A stretch of DNA of 64,000 nucleotides from Caulobacteraceae bacterium (lineage in GTDB: Bacteria > Pseudomonadota > Alphaproteobacteria > Caulobacterales > Caulobacteraceae): contig DATAVF010000130.1 in the NCBI GenBank assembly GCA_036267835.1, forward strand, positions 554 through 64,553, given 5' to 3'. The translations under genes and the position numbers were made by a program. Below, one piece after another: positions 10,779 to 18,680 of this stretch. Below the pieces are notes generated by a model. It searched no databases. It was given only the letters and a program-made list of their open reading frames with translations, and was not told where the DNA came from. The first letter of the stretch is position 1, and the number at the start of each line of letters is the position of its first letter.

Positions 10779-13241
10779 TTAGAACTTCGCGTCGACCACG
10801 AACCGGAATGTCCGGGGCTCCGCCCGCACCAATTGAAGGTCGCCGCCGGACAGTTCGTAATTCTGCCGCCCGAAAAGATTGTCGACGGTCAGATTGAACC
10901 GGAGGTTCCGCAAGGAATAACCGATGGATGCATCGAAGGTAACGTAGTCGTTGTTGAACTTGACGCTGTTATCGATGCCCGACGTATTGGTGAAGGTCGG
11001 CGTATCCGCCGCCAGCACGCCGGACTGAGCGATGTAGTAGCCGTCGTGGTAGTTGCCACCAAATCCGACGTCGATCTTGCTGCGGTCGCCCACATCGAAG
11101 GTCTTCACCACCCAGACGTTCGCCACGTTCTTCGGCGCTTCCTGGATCGGCTGCCCGTCCACGAAGGTTCCGGTGGTGTAGGTGTAGCCCGCGGTGATCT
11201 TGACGCTGCGCGAGAGCGCGCCCTCCGCCGACAGCTCGAGCCCCTGCGAACTCTCTCCGGGACCGGCGATGGAAAAGCCCGCATGGAGGGGGTTCGGATC
11301 GTTCAGCGCGCTGTTGCTGGTCGTATAGCTGAAGTACGACCCGTTCAGGTCGAGCCGATCGGAAAACAGGCTGGCTTTCAGGCCTGCTTCGTAACGCGAG
11401 ACAAGCGTCGGCGGTATGGACGCGCCGCTGAAGGTCATGGTCCCCGCGGGCTGCGGGCTGAAAGCCTGGTTGTAGCTGCCGTAGATCGAGAGCGCCTTGG
11501 TCACGTCGAACACCAGGCCGAGGTTCGGCGTCCACTTGCTGACGGCATTGGTGGTGGTCGAGCTGCCGAAGGGCGTCGAGCGATCATTGTACCAGGAGCC
11601 GCGTTCGCCGATCAGGGCGTGGACCCGGCCCCAGGTGATCTGATCCTGGAAGAAGAGGCCGTACTCCTCGGTTTGATCGTCGTCCTTGCTGCCCTGGTAG
11701 GGAACCGCCGGCAGCGGCGGGGGCGCGGCGCCGAACATCTCGAAGGCGGGCAAGACCGCGAGCGCGCGCCGGTCATCAACCAGGCTGTAGTCGCCGCCGA
11801 CGATGACTTGATGCTCCAGCGGCCCGGTGTCGAACTTGCTGTACAGGTCCACATGGTGGCTGCTGGTGGTCTGCGGCTCATAGATGCCGAGCGACACAAA
11901 GACCACGAACGGTCCCGCGAATTCAGCCGGAACCCCTACGGCGAGCGCCTCGCTGCCGGTCTGGTAGATGCCCTTGGCGCGCAGTTCCAGCGTCCAATCC
12001 GGGGACGAGACCAGGGTGTGCTCGAAGTTGTAGCCGAACTGCGAGAAGCTCGTCTGGATCAGATTGTTGGGATTGTAGAGCGTTCCGTATGACTGGATCG
12101 GCACGGTGACGGCGGCGACCGGCGTGCTCGGCAGCTGGACGTAGTCTTCGCGCGCGAACGGGGTCTGCTGCGAGAAGTATTCGAAATTCAGGTCGAGTTT
12201 GGTGTTGTCCGACCGATAGCCCAGCATCGGATTGATCACATACTGGGAGGGCCGGTTGCCGCCGGCCGGATTGTCGTCAGCGTGCTGGGCCAGCCCGATC
12301 ACACGGAAGTACAGCCCATCGACGCCGGGAATCGCGCCGCTGACGTCGCCCGAGAGCGTCCACTCATTGCCGCTGCCGTAGCCGGCCGAGACCTCGGTCG
12401 GGCTGATGCCGTTGGCGCGCTTGGGCACGTAGTTGAGCAGACCTCCGCCCACCTCGGTGCCGGTCAGCAGGGACGCCGGGCCCTTCAGCACTTCGACGCT
12501 GTCGAGCAGGACGGTGGGCTCGTTCTGGGCCAGGGAGCCGTTGCGCAGGCCATCCGTGAAGGTGATGCCGCCCTGGGCGCCGCCGGTGCTGGTCGGACCG
12601 AAGTTGACCTGGTAGCTGCCGCCGCTCTCTTCCAGCACCGCGCCGGGGATGTTCCGGATCGCCTCGCTCAGAGAATAGACGTTCTCGCTCTGGATGACGT
12701 CCTGAGGCACGACATCGACGGTGGCCGGCGTCTCGTGCAGCGGCGTATTCGTCATCGTCGCCGCGGACGAGAAGTTCTCCTTGAAGGCCTGCCGGCGCGC
12801 GGTGACGACGATCGCGCCGACGTCGGTGGCCCCGGCTTCGCGCGCCAGCCGGATTTCGCCGTTGGTCAGACTGACCACCTGCCAGCCCGTGCCCTTCAGC
12901 GCCAGCACCACGGCCTCGTGCAGACTCATCCGTCCCGACACGCCCGGCGACTGGACATCCAGTAGCCCACTGTTGTCGGTCCGGTACTTCGCGCCGGACT
13001 GCGCCGTGATCGCGTCCAGCACGGTCGCCAGCGAGCCGGGCGCCACCTTGAAGTCGAAGTTGGCGATGGACTGGCCCCGCAGATCCTCGGAGGCCGCCTG
13101 CGTGGCTTGCGCCTGCGAGTTTGGCGAGGTGGCGCTGGGGGTTGTGACGCCTTGCGCCAGCGCGTCGGTCGCGTGGAATGCCAGGATCGACTGGCAGATC
13201 AGCGTGGCCGCGATAGAAATATAGATTCTCTTGGAAAGCAT
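10779..13241 (-). CDS. TonB-dependent receptor with N-terminal STN (signalling) domain (TonB-dependent transducer type)
   Basis: True start is the ATG at 13241 (MLSKRIYISIAATLICQSILAFHATDALA signal peptide). STN-like block FDFKVAPGSLATVLDAITAQSGAKY...SLHEAVVLALKGTGW. Plug VEVLKGPASLLTG. Barrel ends ...FRFVVDAKF. The 1112 aa ORF-track extension upstream is rejected. Confidence 0.9.
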   Translation of the reverse strand: MLSKRIYISIAATLICQSILAFHATDALAQGVTTPSATSPNSQAQATQAASEDLRGQSIANFDFKVAPGSLATVLDAITAQSGAKYRTDNSGLLDVQSPGVSGRMSLHEAVVLALKGTGWQVVSLTNGEIRLAREAGATDVGAIVVTARRQAFKENFSSAATMTNTPLHETPATVDVVPQDVIQSENVYSLSEAIRNIPGAVLEESGGSYQVNFGPTSTGGAQGGITFTDGLRNGSLAQNEPTVLLDSVEVLKGPASLLTGTEVGGGLLNYVPKRANGISPTEVSAGYGSGNEWTLSGDVSGAIPGVDGLYFRVIGLAQHADDNPAGGNRPSQYVINPMLGYRSDNTKLDLNFEYFSQQTPFAREDYVQLPSTPVAAVTVPIQSYGTLYNPNNLIQTSFSQFGYNFEHTLVSSPDWTLELRAKGIYQTGSEALAVGVPAEFAGPFVVFVSLGIYEPQTTSSHHVDLYSKFDTGPLEHQVIVGGDYSLVDDRRALAVLPAFEMFGAAPPPLPAVPYQGSKDDDQTEEYGLFFQDQITWGRVHALIGERGSWYNDRSTPFGSSTTTNAVSKWTPNLGLVFDVTKALSIYGSYNQAFSPQPAGTMTFSGASIPPTLVSRYEAGLKASLFSDRLDLNGSYFSYTTSNSALNDPNPLHAGFSIAGPGESSQGLELSAEGALSRSVKITAGYTYTTGTFVDGQPIQEAPKNVANVWVVKTFDVGDRSKIDVGFGGNYHDGYYIAQSGVLAADTPTFTNTSGIDNSVKFNNDYVTFDASIGYSLRNLRFNLTVDNLFGRQNYELSGGDLQLVRAEPRTFRFVVDAKF

Positions 13242-13460
13242 TGTCGCCCCGGCGTTTCGTGCAAGATCAACACTTCCCGACAGGACTGTCGGTTTCGCTG
13301 ATCTGCGATCCCCTCCAATCAACGGCGCGTGACTGAACACGCGCGCGCTGGCTAGCTCGGCGGCTACTTTTTGTGTCTGTTGTAGTCCCCAGCATGAACG
13401 TATAACCGCCAAGAGCGTCCGTCTTGCGTATGCCGGGACGATTGATTGTCTGAGAGTGTA

Positions 13461-14417
13461 ATGAGCAGGGCGACGGCTGTCCGGGAATGGGCGAGCGGAT
13501 TGGAGCCGATCTTCGGAGCGCATCGCATCGAGGACGACGCCCCGGACTCGCAGGTTCGCGAGATCACCACCGGCCAGCGCGGCCTGGTGAAGTTCTGGCG
13601 GGTCCGCCATGGGGCGCAGAAGGTGTTTGTCCGGGGAACCGCGCGCGGCCCGGACGAGATGCGCGTTCTGGTCAGGCGGTTCGGCGCCGAGAAGGTCCTC
13701 GACCTCGTGCGCAGTGGCTGCCTGCTGTTGCTCGCGGTGGAGGAAGGCTCCGCCAAGCTGGATCTCTACAACGGGCCGGTGGTGCTTGGGCCCGGAGATG
13801 CGCTGGTCGTGACCGCGATGGAGCCGTTCGTGTTCTCGACTCCCGGCGCTTTCGCGGCGGTCTGGGTCGAACTGCCGGTCTGGTGGGTCATCGAGCTCTG
13901 CCGCGGCAAGATGCACGGCGCGCGGCGACGCCTGGACGGCTCGCGCGGCACCACGACCGTGTTGCGGAGCGCGCTTCACACCCTGCTGGAGGATGGCCGG
14001 GACGCCGAGGAGACAGACCAGCTCGTGGACCTGTTCGGCGACATCCTGGCGCGCTGCCTGATCATCGAGGTCGCCGAAGAGGCCGACCTGCCGGGGCCGA
14101 TCGACCGGATCAATCACTTCATCTCAGTCAATTTCCGCACGCCAGGCCTGGCGCCGCCGGACGCCGCGCGCGCCCTCGGATGCTCTCTGAGCAGCCTTCA
14201 CAAGAGCTGCGCCGCCGTCGGTGCGACCTTCGGCGCCATGCTGGCGAACATGCGGCTATCGGTAGCCGCCTATAAGCTGAGCCGAACGTCCGAGAGCATC
14301 TCGGCCATCGCTTACGATTGCGGATTCTCGTCGCTTCCGCACTTCTGCCACGCCTTCAAGGCGCGCTACGGCGTGACGGCCGGCAGCCTGCGGCGACAGC
14401 ATGCGGCAAGAGCCTGA
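13461..14417 (+). CDS. AraC family transcriptional regulator
   Basis: C-terminal double HTH (ISAIAYDCGFSSLPHFCHAFKARYGVTAGSLRR). ATG at 13461 preceded by GAGAG. The ORF-track start at 13446 is a TTG. Divergent from the TonB-receptor operon. Confidence 0.85.
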   Translation: MSRATAVREWASGLEPIFGAHRIEDDAPDSQVREITTGQRGLVKFWRVRHGAQKVFVRGTARGPDEMRVLVRRFGAEKVLDLVRSGCLLLLAVEEGSAKLDLYNGPVVLGPGDALVVTAMEPFVFSTPGAFAAVWVELPVWWVIELCRGKMHGARRRLDGSRGTTTVLRSALHTLLEDGRDAEETDQLVDLFGDILARCLIIEVAEEADLPGPIDRINHFISVNFRTPGLAPPDAARALGCSLSSLHKSCAAVGATFGAMLANMRLSVAAYKLSRTSESISAIAYDCGFSSLPHFCHAFKARYGVTAGSLRRQHAARA

Positions 14418-14443
14418 AGCGAGGTCGGAGCGTCAGCAGAGAA

Positions 14444-15520
14444 CTAGGCGCGGCCGCTGGCGATCGTCACCTTGATGTCTTGGCCGCCGCCAAGCGCTTC
14501 GAAAGCGGCGGCGACGCCGGCGCGGCCGACGGTCCGGGATGTCATCGCCGCTGCGTCGATCCGGCCCTCGGCGATGTCCGCCAGCACCTGGGCGAACTCG
14601 GGGGCGGTGTAGGCGGCGACGAAGCGCAGGGTGAGTTGCTTGTTGATCGCGACCATCGGCTCGAAGTGGTCCTGCTCCATGCAGACGCCGACCACGATCA
14701 CTTGGGCGCCCGGAGCGACGCCCTCGATGATGCCCTGGATGACGCCGGGCGCGCCGACGCACTCGAACACGATCGGGCGGCGTACGCGGCGGCCGGCAAG
14801 CTGGGCGGCTTCGCGCTCGAGCATCGGCACGATCACGCCTTGCGCCGGCCATTGCAGGTGCGGCGACTGGACGGCGGGGTCGATCACCAGATCCGCGCCC
14901 AGGCGCTCGGCGGCGGCGCGGCGCAGCGCCGAGTAGTCCGCCGCCACGATCGGGCCGAAGCCTCTCGCCTTCAGGGCCGCGATCACCGCCAGCCCGACCG
15001 GCCCGCAGCCGATCACCATGGCGACGCTGTCCTGGTCGAGGTCGGCCTGCGCCACCGCGTGGGCGCCGACCGCGAACGGCTCGACCGCCGCGGCGTGGGC
15101 GTCGGGGATGTGGTCGGGCACCGCCATCAGCATCGAGGCGTCGACGCAAACCAGTTCGCCGTAGCCGCCGGGGAACCGGTGAGAGAGGCCCACCGTCTCG
15201 CGGCCGTTGGGACCGGTCGCGTAGGGCAGGGCGATGACCCGGGCGCCCGGCTCGAAGCGCCGCTCGGCGCCCGGGCCATAATCCAGCACCTGGCCGCAGA
15301 ATTCGTGGCCGAAGACGATGTCGCGCGCCGGGTCGATGCCGACGCGGCGGCCGGCCTTGACGGCGGCGTCGGCGACGCGCTGGGCGAAGCGATGGACATG
15401 CAGGTCGGAGCCGCAGATGCCGCAGGCCAGGGTCTTCAGCCGCACCTGGCCGTGTCCCGGGATCGGATCCTCGACCTCGGCGCAGATCAGGGCGCCGGCG
15501 CGGCGAACGACTGCTTGCAT
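14444..15520 (-). CDS. Zinc-dependent alcohol dehydrogenase (MDR family)
   Basis: 358 aa. LACGICGSDLHV zinc/catalytic motif and GCGPVGL Rossmann motif. 1-nt start/stop overlap with the upstream gene. Confidence 0.9.
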   Translation of the reverse strand: MQAVVRRAGALICAEVEDPIPGHGQVRLKTLACGICGSDLHVHRFAQRVADAAVKAGRRVGIDPARDIVFGHEFCGQVLDYGPGAERRFEPGARVIALPYATGPNGRETVGLSHRFPGGYGELVCVDASMLMAVPDHIPDAHAAAVEPFAVGAHAVAQADLDQDSVAMVIGCGPVGLAVIAALKARGFGPIVAADYSALRRAAAERLGADLVIDPAVQSPHLQWPAQGVIVPMLEREAAQLAGRRVRRPIVFECVGAPGVIQGIIEGVAPGAQVIVVGVCMEQDHFEPMVAINKQLTLRFVAAYTAPEFAQVLADIAEGRIDAAAMTSRTVGRAGVAAAFEALGGGQDIKVTIASGRA

Positions 15521-16596
15521 CAGGCGTCTCCCTTCAGGATGCGCTGCACGATCGCGGCGCCGAGGTCGTGGGTGCTGGCGCGCCCGCCCATGTCGGGCGT
15601 CAGCGGCGCGCCCGGGGCGGTCAGGGTTGCCTCGATGGCGGCGACGATGGCTGCGCCGGCTTCCGGCTCGCCCAGATGGTCGAGCATCATGGCGGCGGAC
15701 CAGATCTGGCCGACCGGGTTGGCGACGCCCTGGCCAGCGATGTCGGGCGCCGAGCCGTGCACGGGCTCGAACATCGACGGGTGCGTGCGCTCGGGGTTGA
15801 TGTTGCCGGACGGCGCGACGGCGATGGTGCCGGTCACGCCCGAGCCGAGGTCGGAGAGGATGTCGCCGAAGAGGTTGCTCGCGACCACCACGTCAAAGCG
15901 CTGCGGGTGCAGGGCAAAGCGCGCCGCCAGGATGTCGATGTGGTGCTGCTCTGTGGCGATGTCCGGGTAGCGCGCAGCCACGTCGGCGAAGCGCTCGTCC
16001 CAGTAGGGCATCGAATAGTAGATGCCGTTGGACTTGGTGGCCGAGGCCACGCGGGACTTGCCGAGCCGGCGGGCCAGCTCGAAGGCGTAGGTCATGATCC
16101 GCTCGCAGCCGTGCCGGGTGAAGATGGCGGTCTGCAGCACCATCTCGTTCGGCGCGCCCTCGAACTGGCGTCCGCCAACCTGCGAATATTCGCCCTCGCT
16201 GTTCTCGCGCACGATCCAGAAGTCGATGTCGCCGGGTTCAACGTCGCGAAGCGGCGAGCGCACGCCGCGCAGCAGCCGCACCGGGCGCAGGTTGACGTAC
16301 TGATCGAAGCTGCGCCGGATCGGGATCAATAGGCCCCAGAGCGAGACGTGATCCGGTACGCCGGGGAAGCCGACGGCGCCCAGGAAGATGGCGTCATGGT
16401 CGGCAAGGCGGGCGATGCCGTCGGCCGGCATCATCGCGCCGGTGGCCTTGTAGGTCTCGCAGCTCCAGTCGAAATGGCGGTAGGTCAGGACGAAGCCGAA
16501 CCGGGCCGCCGCGGCCTCCAGCGCCGCCAGGCCCTCGGCCATCACTTCGACCCCGATCCCGTCGCCGGGAATGACGGCGATCTCGTAGCGCTTCAT
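15520..16596 (-). CDS. Tartrate dehydrogenase/decarboxylase-like (isocitrate/isopropylmalate dehydrogenase family)
   Basis: 358 aa. MKRYEIAVIPGDGIGVEV N-terminus and overall beta-decarboxylating dehydrogenase pattern. ATGA overlap with the upstream aldolase gene. Confidence 0.85.
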   Translation of the reverse strand: MKRYEIAVIPGDGIGVEVMAEGLAALEAAAARFGFVLTYRHFDWSCETYKATGAMMPADGIARLADHDAIFLGAVGFPGVPDHVSLWGLLIPIRRSFDQYVNLRPVRLLRGVRSPLRDVEPGDIDFWIVRENSEGEYSQVGGRQFEGAPNEMVLQTAIFTRHGCERIMTYAFELARRLGKSRVASATKSNGIYYSMPYWDERFADVAARYPDIATEQHHIDILAARFALHPQRFDVVVASNLFGDILSDLGSGVTGTIAVAPSGNINPERTHPSMFEPVHGSAPDIAGQGVANPVGQIWSAAMMLDHLGEPEAGAAIVAAIEATLTAPGAPLTPDMGGRASTHDLGAAIVQRILKGDA

Positions 16597-17336
16597 TGCC
16601 GGTAGTCCGCGCCCATGCGGTCGAGCTTTCGCAGCAGGGCCGGCCAGAGATACTTGTCGGCGACCGGTTGCGGGTCGGCCGAGCCCTGTTCCGCGGTCAC
16701 CTGGCGCACGGCCTGGTTGGGCCGGGTCAGCGGGCGGTCGCCGGCCAGGGCCGCGACCTGCATCTGGCAGGCGCGCTCCAGCCGGTACATGCGCTGGAAG
16801 GTGGTGGCGATGCTCGGGCCGCAGGTCAGCGTGCCGTGGTTGCGCAGCAGCATGAAGCTCCGCGCGCCAAGGTCGGCCACCAGCCTCGGCCGCTCGTCGT
16901 GGTCGAAGGCCACCCCTTCGTAGGCGTGATAGGCCAGCTGGTCGCAGATCAGCATGGCCTCCTGGTGCAGCGGCAAGAGGCCCTCTTGCTGGCAGGAGAC
17001 GCCGGTGCCAGCCACGGTGTGCAGGTGCATGACGCAGTGCGCGTCCTGGCGCGCCGCATGGACGGCGGAATGGATGGTGAAGCCGGCGGTGTTGATCAGG
17101 TAGGGCGAGGGCGCGACGATCTCGCCGTCGAGATCGACCTTGACCAGCGACGAGGCGGTCACCTCCTCGAACAGCAGGCCGAACGGGTTGAGCAGGAAAT
17201 GGCGTTCGGGGCCGGGAATGCGCACCGACAGGTGGGTGTAGAGCAGGTCGTCCCAGCCCATCAGCGCCACCATGCGGTAGCAGGCCGCGAGGTCCACGCG
17301 CAGCGCCGCCTCCACCTCGCCCATTTCCGCCGCCAT
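16593..17336 (-). CDS. Class II aldolase/adducin family protein
   Basis: The last 247 codons of ORF 16593..18443. Start ATG at 17336 is preceded by GGGAGG. Contains FTIHSAVHAAR..CVMHLHT (metal-binding His cluster typical of the family). Confidence 0.85.
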   Translation of the reverse strand: MAAEMGEVEAALRVDLAACYRMVALMGWDDLLYTHLSVRIPGPERHFLLNPFGLLFEEVTASSLVKVDLDGEIVAPSPYLINTAGFTIHSAVHAARQDAHCVMHLHTVAGTGVSCQQEGLLPLHQEAMLICDQLAYHAYEGVAFDHDERPRLVADLGARSFMLLRNHGTLTCGPSIATTFQRMYRLERACQMQVAALAGDRPLTRPNQAVRQVTAEQGSADPQPVADKYLWPALLRKLDRMGADYRQ

Positions 17337-17390
17337 CCTTGCGCCTCCCGCACCGTTCGCCCGCCGGAGCATTCGCCTCAGCCGCGCCGG

Positions 17391-17420
17391 ATTGTAAATA
17401 GTGTAATAAATGGTATCAAC
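17391..17420. promoter_or_regulatory. AT-rich box in the aldolase/TauD divergent intergenic region, contains ATAGTGTAATAAAT
   Basis: ATTGTAAATAGTGTAATAAATGGTATCAAC stands out in GC-rich DNA. Shares TTA-N-ACTAT (reverse strand) with boxes at 20076 and 20182. Confidence 0.3.
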
Positions 17421-17453
17421 CCGCCAGCGAGCGTTTGAGACAGGAGACTTAAG

Positions 17454-18497
17454 ATGGACGGCGACGCGCGGGCGACACTGAAGGCCCCGGACCTGCCGCC
17501 CGGGGTGACCCACCACTTCAACCCACCGCACGGCCTGCCGCTGATTCTGGAGCCGGTGGCGGGCTCGTCGCTGCGCTCGGATCCGGCCGCGGTGCAGGCC
17601 TGGTATGCCGAGCATCACGGATCGCTGGAGACGCTGCTGCAGGGCGCCGGGGCCGTGATGCTGCGCGGCTTCGCCATCCCGGACACGGCGGCCTTCAACG
17701 CCATGATCGAAGGCTACGATACCGACCCGCACGGCTACGCCGGCGGCCTGACGCCGCGCAAGAACATCGCCGGCAAGGTGTTCGAGGCTTCGCGGGTGCC
17801 GCCCGACCAGAAGATCATCCTGCACCAGGAGATGGGCTACCTGCCCAACTATCCGCGCATGGTGGCCTTCTACTGCCTGACCCCGCCGGGTGCGGGCGGC
17901 TGCACCACCATCGGCGACATGCGCCGCTTCCAGCGCGAGATCCCGGATGCGCTGATGGCCGAGGTGCGCGAGCGCGGCGTGCTCTACCGGCGCAACTACC
18001 GGGCGCCTGGTCCGGAGGCGAGCCCGATCAAGGCGCTGTTCCGCCGCGAATGGACCGACGTGCTGCAGGTCGAGACCGCCGCCGAAGCCGAGGCGGCGTG
18101 TGCGGCCGTGGGCTGCGAAGCGGTCTGGGAAGACGATGGCTCGCTCTCGATGCGCTACCGCTCCAGCGGCTTCGTGCAGCATCCGGTGTCCGGCGACGAC
18201 GTCTGGTTCGCCCAGGTGCAGGGCATGCACTTCAACGCCGCGCGGCTGGAGCACAACTATCAGGTCCTGGCCGACGCCTTCCCGGCGGACCGGCCGCGGC
18301 CCATCGAGATCCTGTTCGGCGACGGCGGCCAGATTCCCGAGGAGCTGGTGACGCCGCTCTATCCGATCCTCGACGCCCTGGCGGTGAACCTGCCCTACCA
18401 GCACGCCGACTTCATGCTGCTCGACAACATCTACACAGCCCACGGCCGCGAGCCCTACACCGGCTTCCGGGACGTGCAGGTCGGCCTGGTGTTCTGA
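17454..18497 (+). CDS. TauD/TfdA family Fe(II)/2-oxoglutarate dioxygenase
   Basis: 347 aa. AGGAGA RBS. Clavaminate-synthase-like pattern (ILHQEMGY..., DNIYTAHGREPY) typical of TauD-family proteins. Confidence 0.8.
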   Translation: MDGDARATLKAPDLPPGVTHHFNPPHGLPLILEPVAGSSLRSDPAAVQAWYAEHHGSLETLLQGAGAVMLRGFAIPDTAAFNAMIEGYDTDPHGYAGGLTPRKNIAGKVFEASRVPPDQKIILHQEMGYLPNYPRMVAFYCLTPPGAGGCTTIGDMRRFQREIPDALMAEVRERGVLYRRNYRAPGPEASPIKALFRREWTDVLQVETAAEAEAACAAVGCEAVWEDDGSLSMRYRSSGFVQHPVSGDDVWFAQVQGMHFNAARLEHNYQVLADAFPADRPRPIEILFGDGGQIPEELVTPLYPILDALAVNLPYQHADFMLLDNIYTAHGREPYTGFRDVQVGLVF

Positions 18498-18515
18498 GGC
18501 GGTGACCGCAGAGTT

Positions 18516-18563
18516 CCTTCTCCCGCTCCGGGAGGAGGTGGCGCCGTAGGCGTCGGATGAGGG
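18516..18563. repeat. REP-like GC-rich palindromic element, copy 1
   Basis: CCTTCTCCCGCTCCGGGAGGAGGTGGCGCCGTAGGCGTCGGATGAGGG. Internally self-complementary. Inverted relative to copy 2. Confidence 0.55.
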
Positions 18564-18629
18564 TCATCCTCCGCACAACGACGTTTCGGCGCGAGCGCAC
18601 CACCTCGAAGAGCCGGTCCGCGGATAGGT

Positions 18630-18674
18630 CCCCTCATCCGGCGCTTCGCGCCACCTTCTCCCGGGGGGAGAAGG
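18630..18674. repeat. REP-like GC-rich palindromic element, copy 2 (inverted)
   Basis: CCCCTCATCCGGCGCTTCGCGCCACCTTCTCCCGGGGGGAGAAGG. Its reverse complement aligns with copy 1 (CCTTCTCCC...GGTGGCGC...CGGATGAGGG). Confidence 0.55.
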
Positions 18675-18680
18675 GGCGCC

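Noticed and set aside
8994-12092. 1032-aa plus-strand ORF
   Set aside because: Antisense to the ABC transporter and TonB receptor genes. Low-complexity Arg/Gly/Asp/Ala product. The opposite strand has clear Walker and TonB-receptor motifs.
13242-14117. 292-codon upstream extension of the TonB-receptor ORF 10779..14117
   Set aside because: Runs antisense through the AraC gene. The signal peptide begins at the internal ATG at 13241.
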